39,310 bases of DNA from Vicinamibacterales bacterium (GCA_037916205.1 JBAIXY010000179.1:1-39310); one strand, 5' to 3'. Positions 1 through 9,545 are shown, numbered from the stretch's first letter. Numbers and translations are program-made. The notes: generated from the letters alone by a model not told the origin.

Positions 1-70
1 TCTGTTTCGCCGTGTATTCGCCGGTGCTCTTGGCCGCGGCTTTTTTCGGGGTCATTTTTTTGGCTGACAT
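1..70 (-). CDS. N-terminal fragment of an unidentified CDS running off the left edge (MSAKKMTPKKAAAKSTGEYTAKQ...)
   Basis: The reverse complement of 1-70 starts with ATG (68-70) and stays open to the edge. Only 23 codons are visible, so no family can be assigned. Confidence 0.3.
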   Translation of the reverse strand, partial: MSAKKMTPKKAAAKSTGEYTAKQ

Positions 71-163
71 AACAGGTCAACTGAAAATCCGCGCCCTGCG
101 GATAACGCGAAAATGGTAACACGCCGCTGAGGCAATAGCAAGATTAATTTCGGCGGCCGGATC

Positions 164-195
164 AAAAAAAACCGCGCCCGGAAAGAGGGGCGCGG
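164..195 (-). terminator. Rho-independent terminator downstream of the Cys-rich protein gene
   Basis: 8-bp GC stem CCGCGCCC (172-179) / GGGCGCGG (188-195) with an 8-nt loop. On the minus strand it is followed by 8 U (A-run 164-171 on the plus strand). Confidence 0.7.
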
Positions 196-203
196 CGGGC
201 GGT

Positions 204-590
204 TCAGTCGCGCCCGGGGAGAACGACCACGGTGCCGGCGGTGATGCCGTCGACGAAGCCCCGGCCGTCCCAGACGCCGACCTCGCAGCACATCGGGCCC
301 GGGCTGCAGGACGTCTTCAGGCAGCAGATCTTGCCTTCGAAGATGACGCAGTCGGCGCCCTTGAAGATCGGGTCGCCGCAGACGCCGCAGCGGGTCGCGC
401 CTTCGGTCGCGAACTTCAGCAGGCACTCGGGACAGCGGTCCCGCCGCGCGATGACCTCCGGCCTGATCTCGAACTTATTGCCGAAGATCAGGTGGTGGTA
501 GCGGACAGGGCCGGTGTGGCCGCATTCGTATTGCGCGGTCTCATCGCCCTCGGGCACGACCCGGTGGTCGGGCTGGTGTTTCTCGGTCAT
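204..590 (-). CDS. Cysteine-rich small protein (128 aa, 11 Cys incl. CPEC and CGVC pairs), unknown family
   Basis: Track ORF 204..734 trimmed to the internal ATG at 588-590 (MTEKHQPDH...), which is preceded by GGAGG. Codons are mostly G/C-ending and a strong terminator lies downstream. Confidence 0.65.
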   Translation of the reverse strand: MTEKHQPDHRVVPEGDETAQYECGHTGPVRYHHLIFGNKFEIRPEVIARRDRCPECLLKFATEGATRCGVCGDPIFKGADCVIFEGKICCLKTSCSPGPMCCEVGVWDGRGFVDGITAGTVVVLPGRD

Positions 591-792
591 GACAGCCTCC
601 GTCGTCGAAAGAACGGCGGAAGAGTAGCAGCCGCGCTCGCTGCGGGCAAGGGCCGGGGCCGAAGACGAAAGATACGGCGATGCGAAGAGGAGGGATCGCG
701 CGCGGTTCGTTCTTCGCATCTTCGCGTCCCGCATCTCCCGATAAAAAACCGCCCTCCGGAGGAGGACGGTCGAGAGGTCCGCGGGCCGCGCC

Positions 793-1311
793 TTACGGCC
801 TGAGGAACAGCGTGATGAGCATGATCTGGCCCAGGAACGTGCCGATCATGACGTTGAAGGTCGCCGCCTGGTCGGCGTCCTTGATCAGGGCGGCGATCGT
901 CGCGGCCAGCATCAGGACGAAGCCGGCGACCAGGAACGTCCCGTTGCTCGTGGCCGAGAAGATCACCCAGCAGACGCCGGTGAAGGCGCAGGCCGACGAA
1001 AGCGCCCAGAGGAAGGGCTTCATCGAGAACCGGGGCGCGAAGGCCGCGATGCCGGTGCCGATGAACAGCGCGCCGACCGCGGCCAGGGCCGTGAGCTCCC
1101 GGCCGTGGAGCGTGGCGCCGCAGGCCTTGGCGACGCCGTAGGCGATGAAGACCAGGGCGGTCGCGGCGATGGCCGAGATGATCAGGGTCGACGCCTCCGA
1201 ACCCGCGCTTGGGGCCGAGAGGATGGCCTTGAGGTCATCGGCCGGTTCGGGCTCGTCCGTGACGAGCCGCAAATTCGTCCCATCAGGACTCGTTCGGTTT
1301 TTATCTTCCAC
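793..1311 (-). CDS. Hypothetical integral membrane protein (about four hydrophobic helices)
   Basis: GTG start preceded by AAAGGAG. The C-terminal two thirds are hydrophobic and codons are mostly G/C-ending. No family recognised. Confidence 0.65.
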   Translation of the reverse strand: MEDKNRTSPDGTNLRLVTDEPEPADDLKAILSAPSAGSEASTLIISAIAATALVFIAYGVAKACGATLHGRELTALAAVGALFIGTGIAAFAPRFSMKPFLWALSSACAFTGVCWVIFSATSNGTFLVAGFVLMLAATIAALIKDADQAATFNVMIGTFLGQIMLITLFLRP

Positions 1312-1415
1312 GGCGATCTCCTTTCAAAGAACCTGCGCTCACCTTGTAGCAAGCCGGACATCCTGTCAATGGAGCGGAGACCGCCGGCGCGGCGCGGGTC
1401 AAAACCCGGATCTTC

Positions 1416-1424
1416 TGTTATAAT
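1416..1424 (+). promoter_or_regulatory. Extended -10 promoter element TGTTATAAT
   Basis: Perfect TGnTATAAT in the divergent spacer, 21 nt upstream of the ATG at 1446. No good -35. Confidence 0.5.
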
Positions 1425-1445
1425 TATCAATGATAAGCAGGAGCT

Positions 1446-2321
1446 ATGGCTTTCCAGGTTTCCAGGGAAGGACAACTTACCGAGGAAAAGCTCAAATGGG
1501 GCTATTGGTGGGTGACCCATAAGGTGCAGGTGCGCCGCTGGTTCACCGTCTTTTTGGCCATCGTGGCTTTCGTTCTCGTGGGTTACGCGGCGTACGGTTT
1601 CGCCGATTGGTACTTCGGTTCGGGCGTCAGGGAACGGGCCGCGCTGGCGACCTACCTCCAGCCGGCCATAGATATCTCCCTCTTCCGGCGCGACACGCCC
1701 AAGAAGCCGGTCATCGAACCGGTCTCCATCCTGGCCACGGGCGAGGGCACCTTCGACATGATCGCCAGGATCACCAATCCCAGCAAATCGTTCTGGATGG
1801 ATTTCGACTACCGTTTCGTTTCCGGCGGCAGCGTGGTCGGCACGGTCCAGCATGGGTTCCTGCTGCCGGCCTCGAGCAAGTACCTCTATCTGCTGGGCGT
1901 CAAAGGCACGAGACCCGGATCGGCGTCCATGGAGCTGAACAATGTAAGTGTTCATCGCGTCGACCCGCACGTGATCAAGCCGGATTATGTCACCTGGGGC
2001 CGCGCCCGGCTGAACTTCAAGATCACCGACATCAAGTTCACGCCGCCGGCGCCGACCGACCCGCTGGCCGTCAGCCGCGCCACGTTCACGGTCAAGAACG
2101 ACACCGGTTTCGGCTACTGGAACGCCGGGTTCTTCGTGATGCTGCGCAGCGAGTCCAGCATCGTCGGGGCCAATTACGTCGTCATCACCGAGCTTCGCGC
2201 CGGACAGACGAGGACCGTCGACGCCAGCTGGTTCGCCGACGTGCCAGGCGTGACGGATGTCCAGGTGACCCCGGACGTGAACATCTTCGACGACCGGGTC
2301 TACATTCCGCCGGGTCAATAG
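1446..2321 (+). CDS. Hypothetical membrane-anchored protein (N-terminal TM helix, beta-rich C-terminal region)
   Basis: ATG preceded by AGGAG. 291-aa ORF with G/C-ending codons and one hydrophobic helix (FTVFLAIVAFVLVGYAAYGF). No family recognised. Confidence 0.75.
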   Translation: MAFQVSREGQLTEEKLKWGYWWVTHKVQVRRWFTVFLAIVAFVLVGYAAYGFADWYFGSGVRERAALATYLQPAIDISLFRRDTPKKPVIEPVSILATGEGTFDMIARITNPSKSFWMDFDYRFVSGGSVVGTVQHGFLLPASSKYLYLLGVKGTRPGSASMELNNVSVHRVDPHVIKPDYVTWGRARLNFKITDIKFTPPAPTDPLAVSRATFTVKNDTGFGYWNAGFFVMLRSESSIVGANYVVITELRAGQTRTVDASWFADVPGVTDVQVTPDVNIFDDRVYIPPGQ

Positions 2322-2387
2322 CCGGGGCGGCGGCCTGTCAATTTCTGCCGGTATCTGATAAAAAGAGCCTGCGCGGCTCCTTTTTTT

Positions 2388-3542
2388 ATGCCGCCTCGCC
2401 CCGTCGGGCGCGCTATGCTCCGATCCGCCGCCAACCTGCGCAAAATGGACTGGATACTTTTCGGCAGCTGCCTGTTGCTGGCCGTTTTAGGTCTGGCGAT
2501 CATTTACAGCGTGTCGCTCGGCGCGCCGGCCGAGGGATCGGCGGCCGCCGGCCCCGTCGGCGACTTCTCCAATTTCTGGAAACAGATGGCCTTCGCCGTC
2601 GCCGGCGTTCTTATCGCCCTGGCCGCGACCGCTTTCAATTACCGGCTGCTGGCCGGCTACTCTCGCGCCCTGTATCTCGCTTCGGCCGCGCTTCTCGGCG
2701 CCGTGCTGCTCTTCGGGCGCACGATCCGCGGCACCACCGGCTGGTTCGGCGTCGCCGGCTTCGGCATCCAGCCGGTCGAGCTGGTCAAGTTCCTGCTGAT
2801 CGTCTTCCTGGCCAAGTATTTCAGCGACTACGCCCGCGACCGCCACGCCCTGAAGCCGATCATCGGTTCCGGCCTGGCCTTCGCCGGCATTTTCCTGCTG
2901 GTCGCCCTGCAGCCGGATTTCGGGTCGGCCTTCATGCTCTTTGTCGTCTGGTTCGCCATGCTGCTCATGGCCGGGGTCAAGCGGTCGCATCTCGCGATCA
3001 TCGCCGCGGTCGGCCTGGGCTTGGCTCTCGTCGCCTGGATGCTGCTGCTCAAGCCTTATCAGAAGGACCGGGTCACCGCTTTTCTCGACCCCTCGGCCGA
3101 CCCGCTCGGCCGCGGCTACAACGTCACCCAGTCGATCATCGCCATCGGTTCCGGCGGCGTCTTCGGCAAAGGCCTGGGCTACGGCTCCCAGAGCCAGCTG
3201 CGCTTCCTGCCCGAACGGCAGACCGACTTCATCTTCGCCGCGGCCGCCGAGGAGATCGGCCTGGCCGGGGTACTGTTCATCTGCGGCCTGTTCGCCGCGT
3301 TCTTCTACCGGGCTTACCTGCTGGCCAAAGGCTCGCGCGACGATTTCACCCTGTTCCTGATCCTGGGCATCACCGTCTCGATCACCGCCGAGATGGCGGT
3401 CAATATCGGCGGCAATCTCCGCCTGCTGCCGGTCACGGGCGTGACCCTGCCGTTCGTCAGTTACGGCGGCAGTTCGCTCCTGGCCAAGTTCCTGATGGTC
3501 GGCGTGCTTGAGTCCATCGCCGTGCGCCGCGCTCCGGCCTGA
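2388..3542 (+). CDS. SEDS-family peptidoglycan glycosyltransferase (FtsW/RodA/SpoVE)
   Basis: Multi-pass membrane protein with family-typical segments: GIQPVELVKF, QSIIAIGSGGVFGKGLGYGSQ, LPERQTDFIFAAAAEE, LPFVSYGGSS. The start may instead be an in-frame ATG at 2415 or 2445. Confidence 0.9.
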   Translation: MPPRPVGRAMLRSAANLRKMDWILFGSCLLLAVLGLAIIYSVSLGAPAEGSAAAGPVGDFSNFWKQMAFAVAGVLIALAATAFNYRLLAGYSRALYLASAALLGAVLLFGRTIRGTTGWFGVAGFGIQPVELVKFLLIVFLAKYFSDYARDRHALKPIIGSGLAFAGIFLLVALQPDFGSAFMLFVVWFAMLLMAGVKRSHLAIIAAVGLGLALVAWMLLLKPYQKDRVTAFLDPSADPLGRGYNVTQSIIAIGSGGVFGKGLGYGSQSQLRFLPERQTDFIFAAAAEEIGLAGVLFICGLFAAFFYRAYLLAKGSRDDFTLFLILGITVSITAEMAVNIGGNLRLLPVTGVTLPFVSYGGSSLLAKFLMVGVLESIAVRRAPA

Positions 3543-3578
3543 CCGCCCTTATTTAAGCTCGCCTGTGCGTAAATCGGC

Positions 3579-3607
3579 TTTACCGAGGGCCCAAAAAATG
3601 ATAGACT
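3579..3607 (+). promoter_or_regulatory. Candidate sigma70-type promoter TTTACC-17-TAGACT with TG extension
   Basis: -35 at 3579-3584, 17-nt spacer, TG at 3599-3600, -10 at 3602-3607, in an AT-rich spacer after the SEDS gene. Confidence 0.35.
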
Positions 3608-3686
3608 GTGGATAGGAGCGGTGGAAAAGATTTCGGCAAAAAATAGGCAAAAAACCGCCCCGGAAAAACAAATAATAAAACAAAAT

Positions 3687-4034
3687 ATGCCTCTCCCCGC
3701 AGCGGCACCGTCACAATTTTACGATGAGGGCATCAAGCTGATCTCCTACTGCCCGCTCTGCGCTTCCAGCTATAATCCGCGGGCGGCCAAGGTCCTGGGC
3801 GAAAAGGACGACAGCCATCTGCTGCATATCCAGTGCGGCAACTGCTCCAACGCCATCATCGCCCTGGTGCTGATCTCTTCGGTCGGCGTAAGCTCGGTCG
3901 GGCTGGTCACGGACCTCGGTTCCGAAGAGGTCGATCTCTTCAAGAAGGCTCCGCCGGTCTCGACGGACGACGTCATCGACATGCACCACCTGCTCCAGGA
4001 CGAGGAGATGCTCTTCAGCCGCCTGGCGGCCTGA
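3687..4034 (+). CDS. Small zinc-ribbon-like hypothetical protein (CPLC ... CGNC)
   Basis: The ORF is open from a GTG at 3621, but codons 3621-3686 are A-ending and atypical for this genome, so the ATG at 3687 is preferred. Two CxxC pairs. No family recognised. Confidence 0.6.
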   Translation: MPLPAAAPSQFYDEGIKLISYCPLCASSYNPRAAKVLGEKDDSHLLHIQCGNCSNAIIALVLISSVGVSSVGLVTDLGSEEVDLFKKAPPVSTDDVIDMHHLLQDEEMLFSRLAA

Positions 4035-4046
4035 ACGTCCGGCCTC

Positions 4047-4075
4047 TTGTCAAAAAGAGAATATAGGTGTAAATA
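4047..4075 (+). promoter_or_regulatory. Candidate promoter TTGTCA-17-TAAATA upstream of rplY
   Basis: -35 at 4047-4052, 17-nt spacer, -10 at 4070-4075, about 60 nt upstream of the L25 start. Confidence 0.4.
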
Positions 4076-4136
4076 ATTAGGAACACGGATTCCTTTTTTA
4101 TTTTTATCCGGAAGGCAAAAAACGCTTCGCACGCCT

Positions 4137-4844
4137 ATGGAAGCTCTCAAATTGAACACCGTCGCCCGCACCATCAAGGGCAAACAGGTCAAACAGCTGC
4201 GCGCCGAGAAGAAGATCCCGGCCGTGGTCTACGGCCACGGCGTCGCCAGCCGCGACGTCACGGTCGAATACCCGGTCTTCGAGAAACTTCTCGAGGCCGC
4301 CGGCGAGTCCAGCCTGGTCGACCTGTCCGTCGACGGTTCGTCGCCGGTCAAGGTGCTGATCCAGGAGGTCCAGTACGACCCGCTGACCGGCAAGATCACC
4401 CACGTCGATTTCCGCCAGGTCAAGATGACCGAGAAACTCGAGGCCGACATCGAATTCAACTTCGTCGGCGAGGCCCCGGCCGTCAAGGAAGCCGGCGCCA
4501 TCCTGGTCAAGAGCATGGCCAAGATCTCCGTCCGCTGTCTGCCGCAGTACCTGGTGCCTTCGATCGAGATCGACATCTCCGGCCTGAAGCAGATCCACGA
4601 CAGCATCAAGGTCAAGAACATCGCCCCGCCGGAAGGCATCGAGTTCCTGGCCAGCCCCAACTCCGTCATCGTCGTCGCCAACGAGCCGATCTCCGAAGCC
4701 GAACTGCAGGAGCTCGAGGCCAAGCCGGAAGCCGACGTCACCGCCGTGAAGGTGGAGGGCGAGGAGAAGAAGGCTGAGGCGGCCGCGGCCGAGGCGGCCG
4801 AGGGCAAGGAGAAGGAGAAGGGCAAGGAGAAGGGCAAGGAGTAG
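4137..4844 (+). CDS. rplY: 50S ribosomal protein L25 / general stress protein Ctc form
   Basis: The N-terminus (KLNTVARTIKGKQVKQLRAEKKIPAVVYGHG) is typical of L25/Ctc. It is the long two-domain form with a Lys/Glu-rich tail. Confidence 0.9.
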   Translation: MEALKLNTVARTIKGKQVKQLRAEKKIPAVVYGHGVASRDVTVEYPVFEKLLEAAGESSLVDLSVDGSSPVKVLIQEVQYDPLTGKITHVDFRQVKMTEKLEADIEFNFVGEAPAVKEAGAILVKSMAKISVRCLPQYLVPSIEIDISGLKQIHDSIKVKNIAPPEGIEFLASPNSVIVVANEPISEAELQELEAKPEADVTAVKVEGEEKKAEAAAAEAAEGKEKEKGKEKGKE

Positions 4845-4919
4845 CTTTTTCCGCCCGGCCGGCCCCGTGGTATGCTGGTGTCATGAACCGGCGCCAGCGG
4901 GAGCCGTAAACCTCCGGTC

Positions 4920-6071
4920 ATGTCCCCAGACATGCAAAAAACCACCCGTGAAGAAGGCGAACGCCGGCAGCGGGTGGTGTTAGGTTTCAAGGATAATTTT
5001 TGGGCCCAGGCCGCGGCCTGGAGCGCCATCGTCTTCTCGCTGGTCGCCGGCGTCGCCGCCCTGGGCTGGTTCTATTGGACCGGCGAGAGCGGCGGACGGA
5101 CGCCTTTCTTTCTGCACAAGGGCGGCGAGATCGCCAGCCGGCCCGCCGCGCCGTCGCCCGCGCCGGCTCCGGCGGCGTCCGGCCGGCGGATCATCGACGG
5201 AGCTCCGACCGACGTGGCCGAGGCCGACCAGCGCGTTTTCGCCGTGATGATAGATAACATGATCGACGCCCGGCCGCCCTCCGGCCTGGCGCGCGCCTCG
5301 CTGGTCATCGAGGCTCCGGTCGAGGGCGGCATCACCCGCTTCGAGGCCTTCTTTGCCTCCGACAGCCAGGTCTCGAAGATCGGTCCCGTCCGCTCGGCGC
5401 GTCCGTACTATCTCGACTGGGCCGCGGAGTTCAACGCGGTCTACGCCCACGTCGGCGGCAGCCCCGAGGCGCTCGACCTGATCGCCAGCCGGAAGCCGCT
5501 CGACCTGAACGAATTCTTCGCCGGCAAGTATTTCTGGCGCGATTCGGGACGGAAAGCGCCGCACAGCACCTACACTTCGACCAGTCTCCTGGCCAAGGCC
5601 CTGACGGACCGTTTTGCCGGCGCCGGCCCGCGCCCGCAGACGGCGGCCTGGAAATACAGGGACGGGACCGTCCAGGTCCAGCCGGGCGAGGTGACCGCCG
5701 TGACCGTCGATTATTCGACGCCGGCCTACCGGGTCGTCTGGCGCTACGACGCCGCCAAGAACGCCTACCGCCGATTCCAGAACGAGGACGAGCTGAGGGA
5801 CGACGACGGCGCGCCTATACGGGCGAGCAATGTAGTTGTACAATATAATAAGGTGCGCGTCCTCGATGAGATCGGGCGGCGCCGCATCGAGACCGTCGGC
5901 CAGGGTCAGGCCGTGGTCTTTTTCGACGGAAGTGCGGTCGAGGCGACCTGGAAGAAGACGTCGCTGAAGGACCGGACCCGCTATTACGCCGAGGACGGCA
6001 GCGAGATCGCTTTCGAGCCCGGGACGACCTGGGTCGAGGTGGTGCCGACCGACGGCAAAGTGACCTACTGA
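4920..6071 (+). CDS. DUF3048 domain-containing membrane-anchored protein
   Basis: N-terminal TM helix followed by DUF3048-typical segments: FAVMIDN...ARP, EAPVEGGITRFEAFF, GPVRSARPYY. Confidence 0.8.
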   Translation: MSPDMQKTTREEGERRQRVVLGFKDNFWAQAAAWSAIVFSLVAGVAALGWFYWTGESGGRTPFFLHKGGEIASRPAAPSPAPAPAASGRRIIDGAPTDVAEADQRVFAVMIDNMIDARPPSGLARASLVIEAPVEGGITRFEAFFASDSQVSKIGPVRSARPYYLDWAAEFNAVYAHVGGSPEALDLIASRKPLDLNEFFAGKYFWRDSGRKAPHSTYTSTSLLAKALTDRFAGAGPRPQTAAWKYRDGTVQVQPGEVTAVTVDYSTPAYRVVWRYDAAKNAYRRFQNEDELRDDDGAPIRASNVVVQYNKVRVLDEIGRRRIETVGQGQAVVFFDGSAVEATWKKTSLKDRTRYYAEDGSEIAFEPGTTWVEVVPTDGKVTY

Positions 6072-6072
6072 C

Positions 6073-6492
6073 ATGGTTCAGCGGCGCGCAAAAACCGGAG
6101 GCTTCACGGTCGTCGAGATGCTGCTCGTGGTGATGGCCTTTATTTTGTTCACGTCGATCGTGATGATCGGCGTGGCCCACCAGCAGGCCAGGCGCCGCGA
6201 CGTCATGCGGGCAGCCTCCATCGTCCAGCTGCAGAAGGCGCTGGCGCTGTATTCTTCCGACACCCAGGAGTATCCGTCGATGAAGGGTTGCATCACCGGA
6301 ACGGACCTGGTGACGACCGAGCTCAGGACCAAGAAGCTGCTGGATCCCGAGTCAAAGCTCTACGACCCGAAATATCCCAGCGACGCGACCGGCTGCTTCC
6401 TGTACGAGAGCGCCGGCTCCACTTATACCATCCGTTACATAATGGAGACCGGCACGGTCTCCGACCAGGGCGAGCACATCGCCGCGCCCTAG
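6073..6492 (+). CDS. Prepilin-type N-terminal cleavage/methylation domain protein (type IV pilin-like)
   Basis: Short basic leader, then G|FTVVEMLLVV plus a hydrophobic helix (class III signal). The start lies 1 nt after the DUF3048 stop. Confidence 0.8.
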   Translation: MVQRRAKTGGFTVVEMLLVVMAFILFTSIVMIGVAHQQARRRDVMRAASIVQLQKALALYSSDTQEYPSMKGCITGTDLVTTELRTKKLLDPESKLYDPKYPSDATGCFLYESAGSTYTIRYIMETGTVSDQGEHIAAP

Positions 6493-7361
6493 CCGCGGAC
6501 GGCGAGAAGGCCGACGCAGACCCCCGAGGAATTGAGGAGTTTCCGGACCGACAGGCCCGGTATTTTTTTGCGCAAAAGCGAGGCGAGAGGGCGGTACTGT
6601 CCGGGCAGGATCTCCCAGACGACGGCCAGGGCAACGGGCAGCCGCAGGCCGGCCAGCTGTGCGGCCAGGCGGCGGTAGGCGTCCAGTCCGTCCGGACCGC
6701 CGCCGACGAGCGCGGACCGCGGCTCGCGGTCGCGGATCTCCGGGGGCAGGCGCCGGACCTGGGCCGCTGACAGATAGGGCAGATTGGCGCAGAGAAGCAG
6801 CGGCCGGTCCGGCGTTACGGAGCGGGCCGCGGGCGCGAGCAGGTCGCCGCGGAGGAAGCGCACGCGGCCGGTCAGGCCGTGTCCGGCGGCGTTGCGGCGG
6901 GCGACGGTCAGGGCGGCGGCGGAGATGTCCGAGGCCAGCACGCCGGCCTCGGGAAGTTCGGCGGCCAGGGTCAGGGCCAGGCAGCCGGAGCCGGTGCCGA
7001 CGTCGATGACCAGCGGCCGCGGCAGTCCGCGGCCGGCCTCGATGGCCGCGGCCGCGACCGTCTCGGTCGCCCAGCGCGGGATCAGCGTGTGGCGGTTGAC
7101 CAGGAACCGGCGTCCCATGAACCAGGTGCTGCCGGCGATGTGATCGACCGGCTCATGGGCGAGCCGTCGCTTCAGGCAGGCGCGGAACCGGGCCGACTGC
7201 CGCCGGTCCAGAGGAAGTTCGGGGTGGGCGAGCAGGCTTTCGCGCGACCGGCCGGTCGCCAGCGACAAAAAAAGTTCGGCTTCGCGGGACGCGTCCGAAC
7301 TCGGGCAGCGATGTTTGGCCAGCGCCCGGCGCCCCAGGTCCAGCGCTTCGGCGGCGGTCAT
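6489..7361 (-). CDS. prmC: Peptide chain release factor N5-glutamine methyltransferase (PrmC/HemK)
   Basis: SAM motif VIDVGTGSGCLAL, motif IV region CANLPYL, and downstream EPRSALVGGGPDGLD. Lies in the prfA operon. Confidence 0.85.
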   Translation of the reverse strand: MTAAEALDLGRRALAKHRCPSSDASREAELFLSLATGRSRESLLAHPELPLDRRQSARFRACLKRRLAHEPVDHIAGSTWFMGRRFLVNRHTLIPRWATETVAAAAIEAGRGLPRPLVIDVGTGSGCLALTLAAELPEAGVLASDISAAALTVARRNAAGHGLTGRVRFLRGDLLAPAARSVTPDRPLLLCANLPYLSAAQVRRLPPEIRDREPRSALVGGGPDGLDAYRRLAAQLAGLRLPVALAVVWEILPGQYRPLASLLRKKIPGLSVRKLLNSSGVCVGLLAVRG

Positions 7362-8054
7362 AGGCCTGCGGCCCCGGCGCGGAGCAGCGCGTCGGCCCTG
7401 GCCAGGTCCTCAGGGTAGCCGATGGGGAACCAGAAGCCGGCCCTGACCACGTCGATCGGCCGGTCCTTGGCCATGAGCACCAGGGTCTGGGGCAGGCCGA
7501 ATTCCTTGCCGTCCTTGATCGGCACCAGCGGGTATTCGAAGAAATGGCGGTCGAGCACGTACAGGCCGGCGTTGACCAGCCCGCCCGGCTCGGCCTGGCC
7601 GCCTTCGACGATGTCGATCAGGCGGCCGCGCTCGTCGGTCCGGAAGACGCCGAAGCGGCCCGGCACTTCGCAGACCTTGGCCAGGATGGCCCGCTCGTGC
7701 TCCAGGGCGGCGGTCATGTCGGCGGCGCCGTAGAGGTCGTCGCCGTTCAGGACCATGAAGCGCTCATTGAGCAGCGGCTCGCAGAGTCTCAGGGCGTCGC
7801 CCGTGCCTTTGAGCTCGCGCTGTTCGACGTAGCGGACGCGGCGGCCGCCCCATTCGGAGCCGAAGCGCGCTTCGATCTGCTCGCTCAGGTAGCCGACGAC
7901 CAGGATGACCTCGCTGATCCGCGCCGGCAGGCGCCCGATCGTCCACTCCAGGATCGGCCGGCCGGCCACGACCAGCATCGGCTTGGGCACGGTCAGGGTA
8001 TGCGGCCGGAGCCTGGTGCCCAGGCCGGCGGCCATGATCACGGCCTGCGTCGCT

Positions 8055-8062
<8 letters not shown>
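7358..8062 (-). CDS. Sugar-phosphate nucleotidyltransferase (NTP_transferase family)
   Basis: N-terminal [24 protein letters not shown] signature. Overlaps prfA by 8 nt and prmC by 4 nt. Confidence 0.85.
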
Positions 8063-9125
<1,063 letters not shown>

Positions 9126-9197
9126 ATAAAAGCGGAGTGCGTCAGCGGACGAGGCGGCACTCGCCGCGCTCCGTCACCTCGGCACTCCGTTCCGTTC

Positions 9198-9470
9198 TTA
9201 CTTCGACTCTTTCTTCTTCGCCTTGCGTTCGACGGCCTTGGCCCGCTTCTTGGCGACCTTCTCGGTCTCCTGCTTGGCCGCGCGCTCCTGGAACTTCTCG
9301 ACGCGGCGGGCGGTGTCTACCAGCTTCTGCTTGCCCGTGTAGAACGGGTGGCAGTTGGAGCAGAGCTCGACGTGGATCTCCTCGACCGTCGAACCGACGG
9401 TGAAGGTGTTGCCGCAGGCGCAGATGACCTTGGCTTCCGGGAAATACTTGGGATGAGTGTCGGCTTTCAT
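9198..9470 (-). CDS. rpmE: 50S ribosomal protein L31 (Cys-containing type A) with Lys-rich C-terminal extension
   Basis: MKADTHPKY..., [13 protein letters not shown] core, followed by a basic tail of about 25 aa. Confidence 0.95.
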   Translation of the reverse strand: MKADTHPKYFPEAKVICACGNTFTVGSTVEEIHVELCSNCHPFYTGKQKLVDTARRVEKFQERAAKQETEKVAKKRAKAVERKAKKKESK

Positions 9471-9497
9471 AATTATCGGCTGATTTTCGATGACCGG

Positions 9498-9526
9498 AGG
9501 TTATCACGTGCCGGCGAATTAGGCAA
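9498..9526 (-). promoter_or_regulatory. Candidate promoter TTGCCT-17-TAACCT for rpmE operon
   Basis: Minus-strand -35 (plus AGGCAA 9521-9526), 17-nt spacer, -10 (plus AGGTTA 9498-9503). Sits just downstream of the upstream gene's terminator. Confidence 0.3.
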
Positions 9527-9545
9527 GACGGCCGCCGGCGCCGGC

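Noticed and set aside
83-103. Small hairpin ATCCGC/GCGGAT with four U on the minus strand in the leader of the edge gene. Also an 8-codon uORF at 4882-4908 ahead of the DUF3048 gene.
   Set aside because: The stem is only 6 bp with a short U tract. The uORF has no SD or known leader-peptide logic. Neither is distinguishable from chance.
1607-3511. 634-aa plus-strand ORF, and similar very long track ORFs: 1182..2318 -, 13980..15545 -, 15971..17125 -, 17448..19172 -, 18922..20775 -, 21152..23146 -, 26944..28818 -, 33067..35637 -, 36047..37195 -.
   Set aside because: All are Arg/Ala/Gly/Pro-rich low-complexity translations lying out of frame or antisense to strongly recognisable genes (SEDS, pgk, eno, gpmI, DUF2207, the helicase, the deaminase). 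Stop-poor alternative frames are expected in GC-rich DNA. G/C-ending codon bias supports the annotated frames.
4780-4841. Repetitive GGCAAGGAGAAG units, and the GGC/GGA run at 28735-28770.
   Set aside because: These are in-frame low-complexity protein tails: the KE-rich tail of L25 and the Gly-run typical of DUF2207. They are not CRISPR, satellite or mobile-element repeats.
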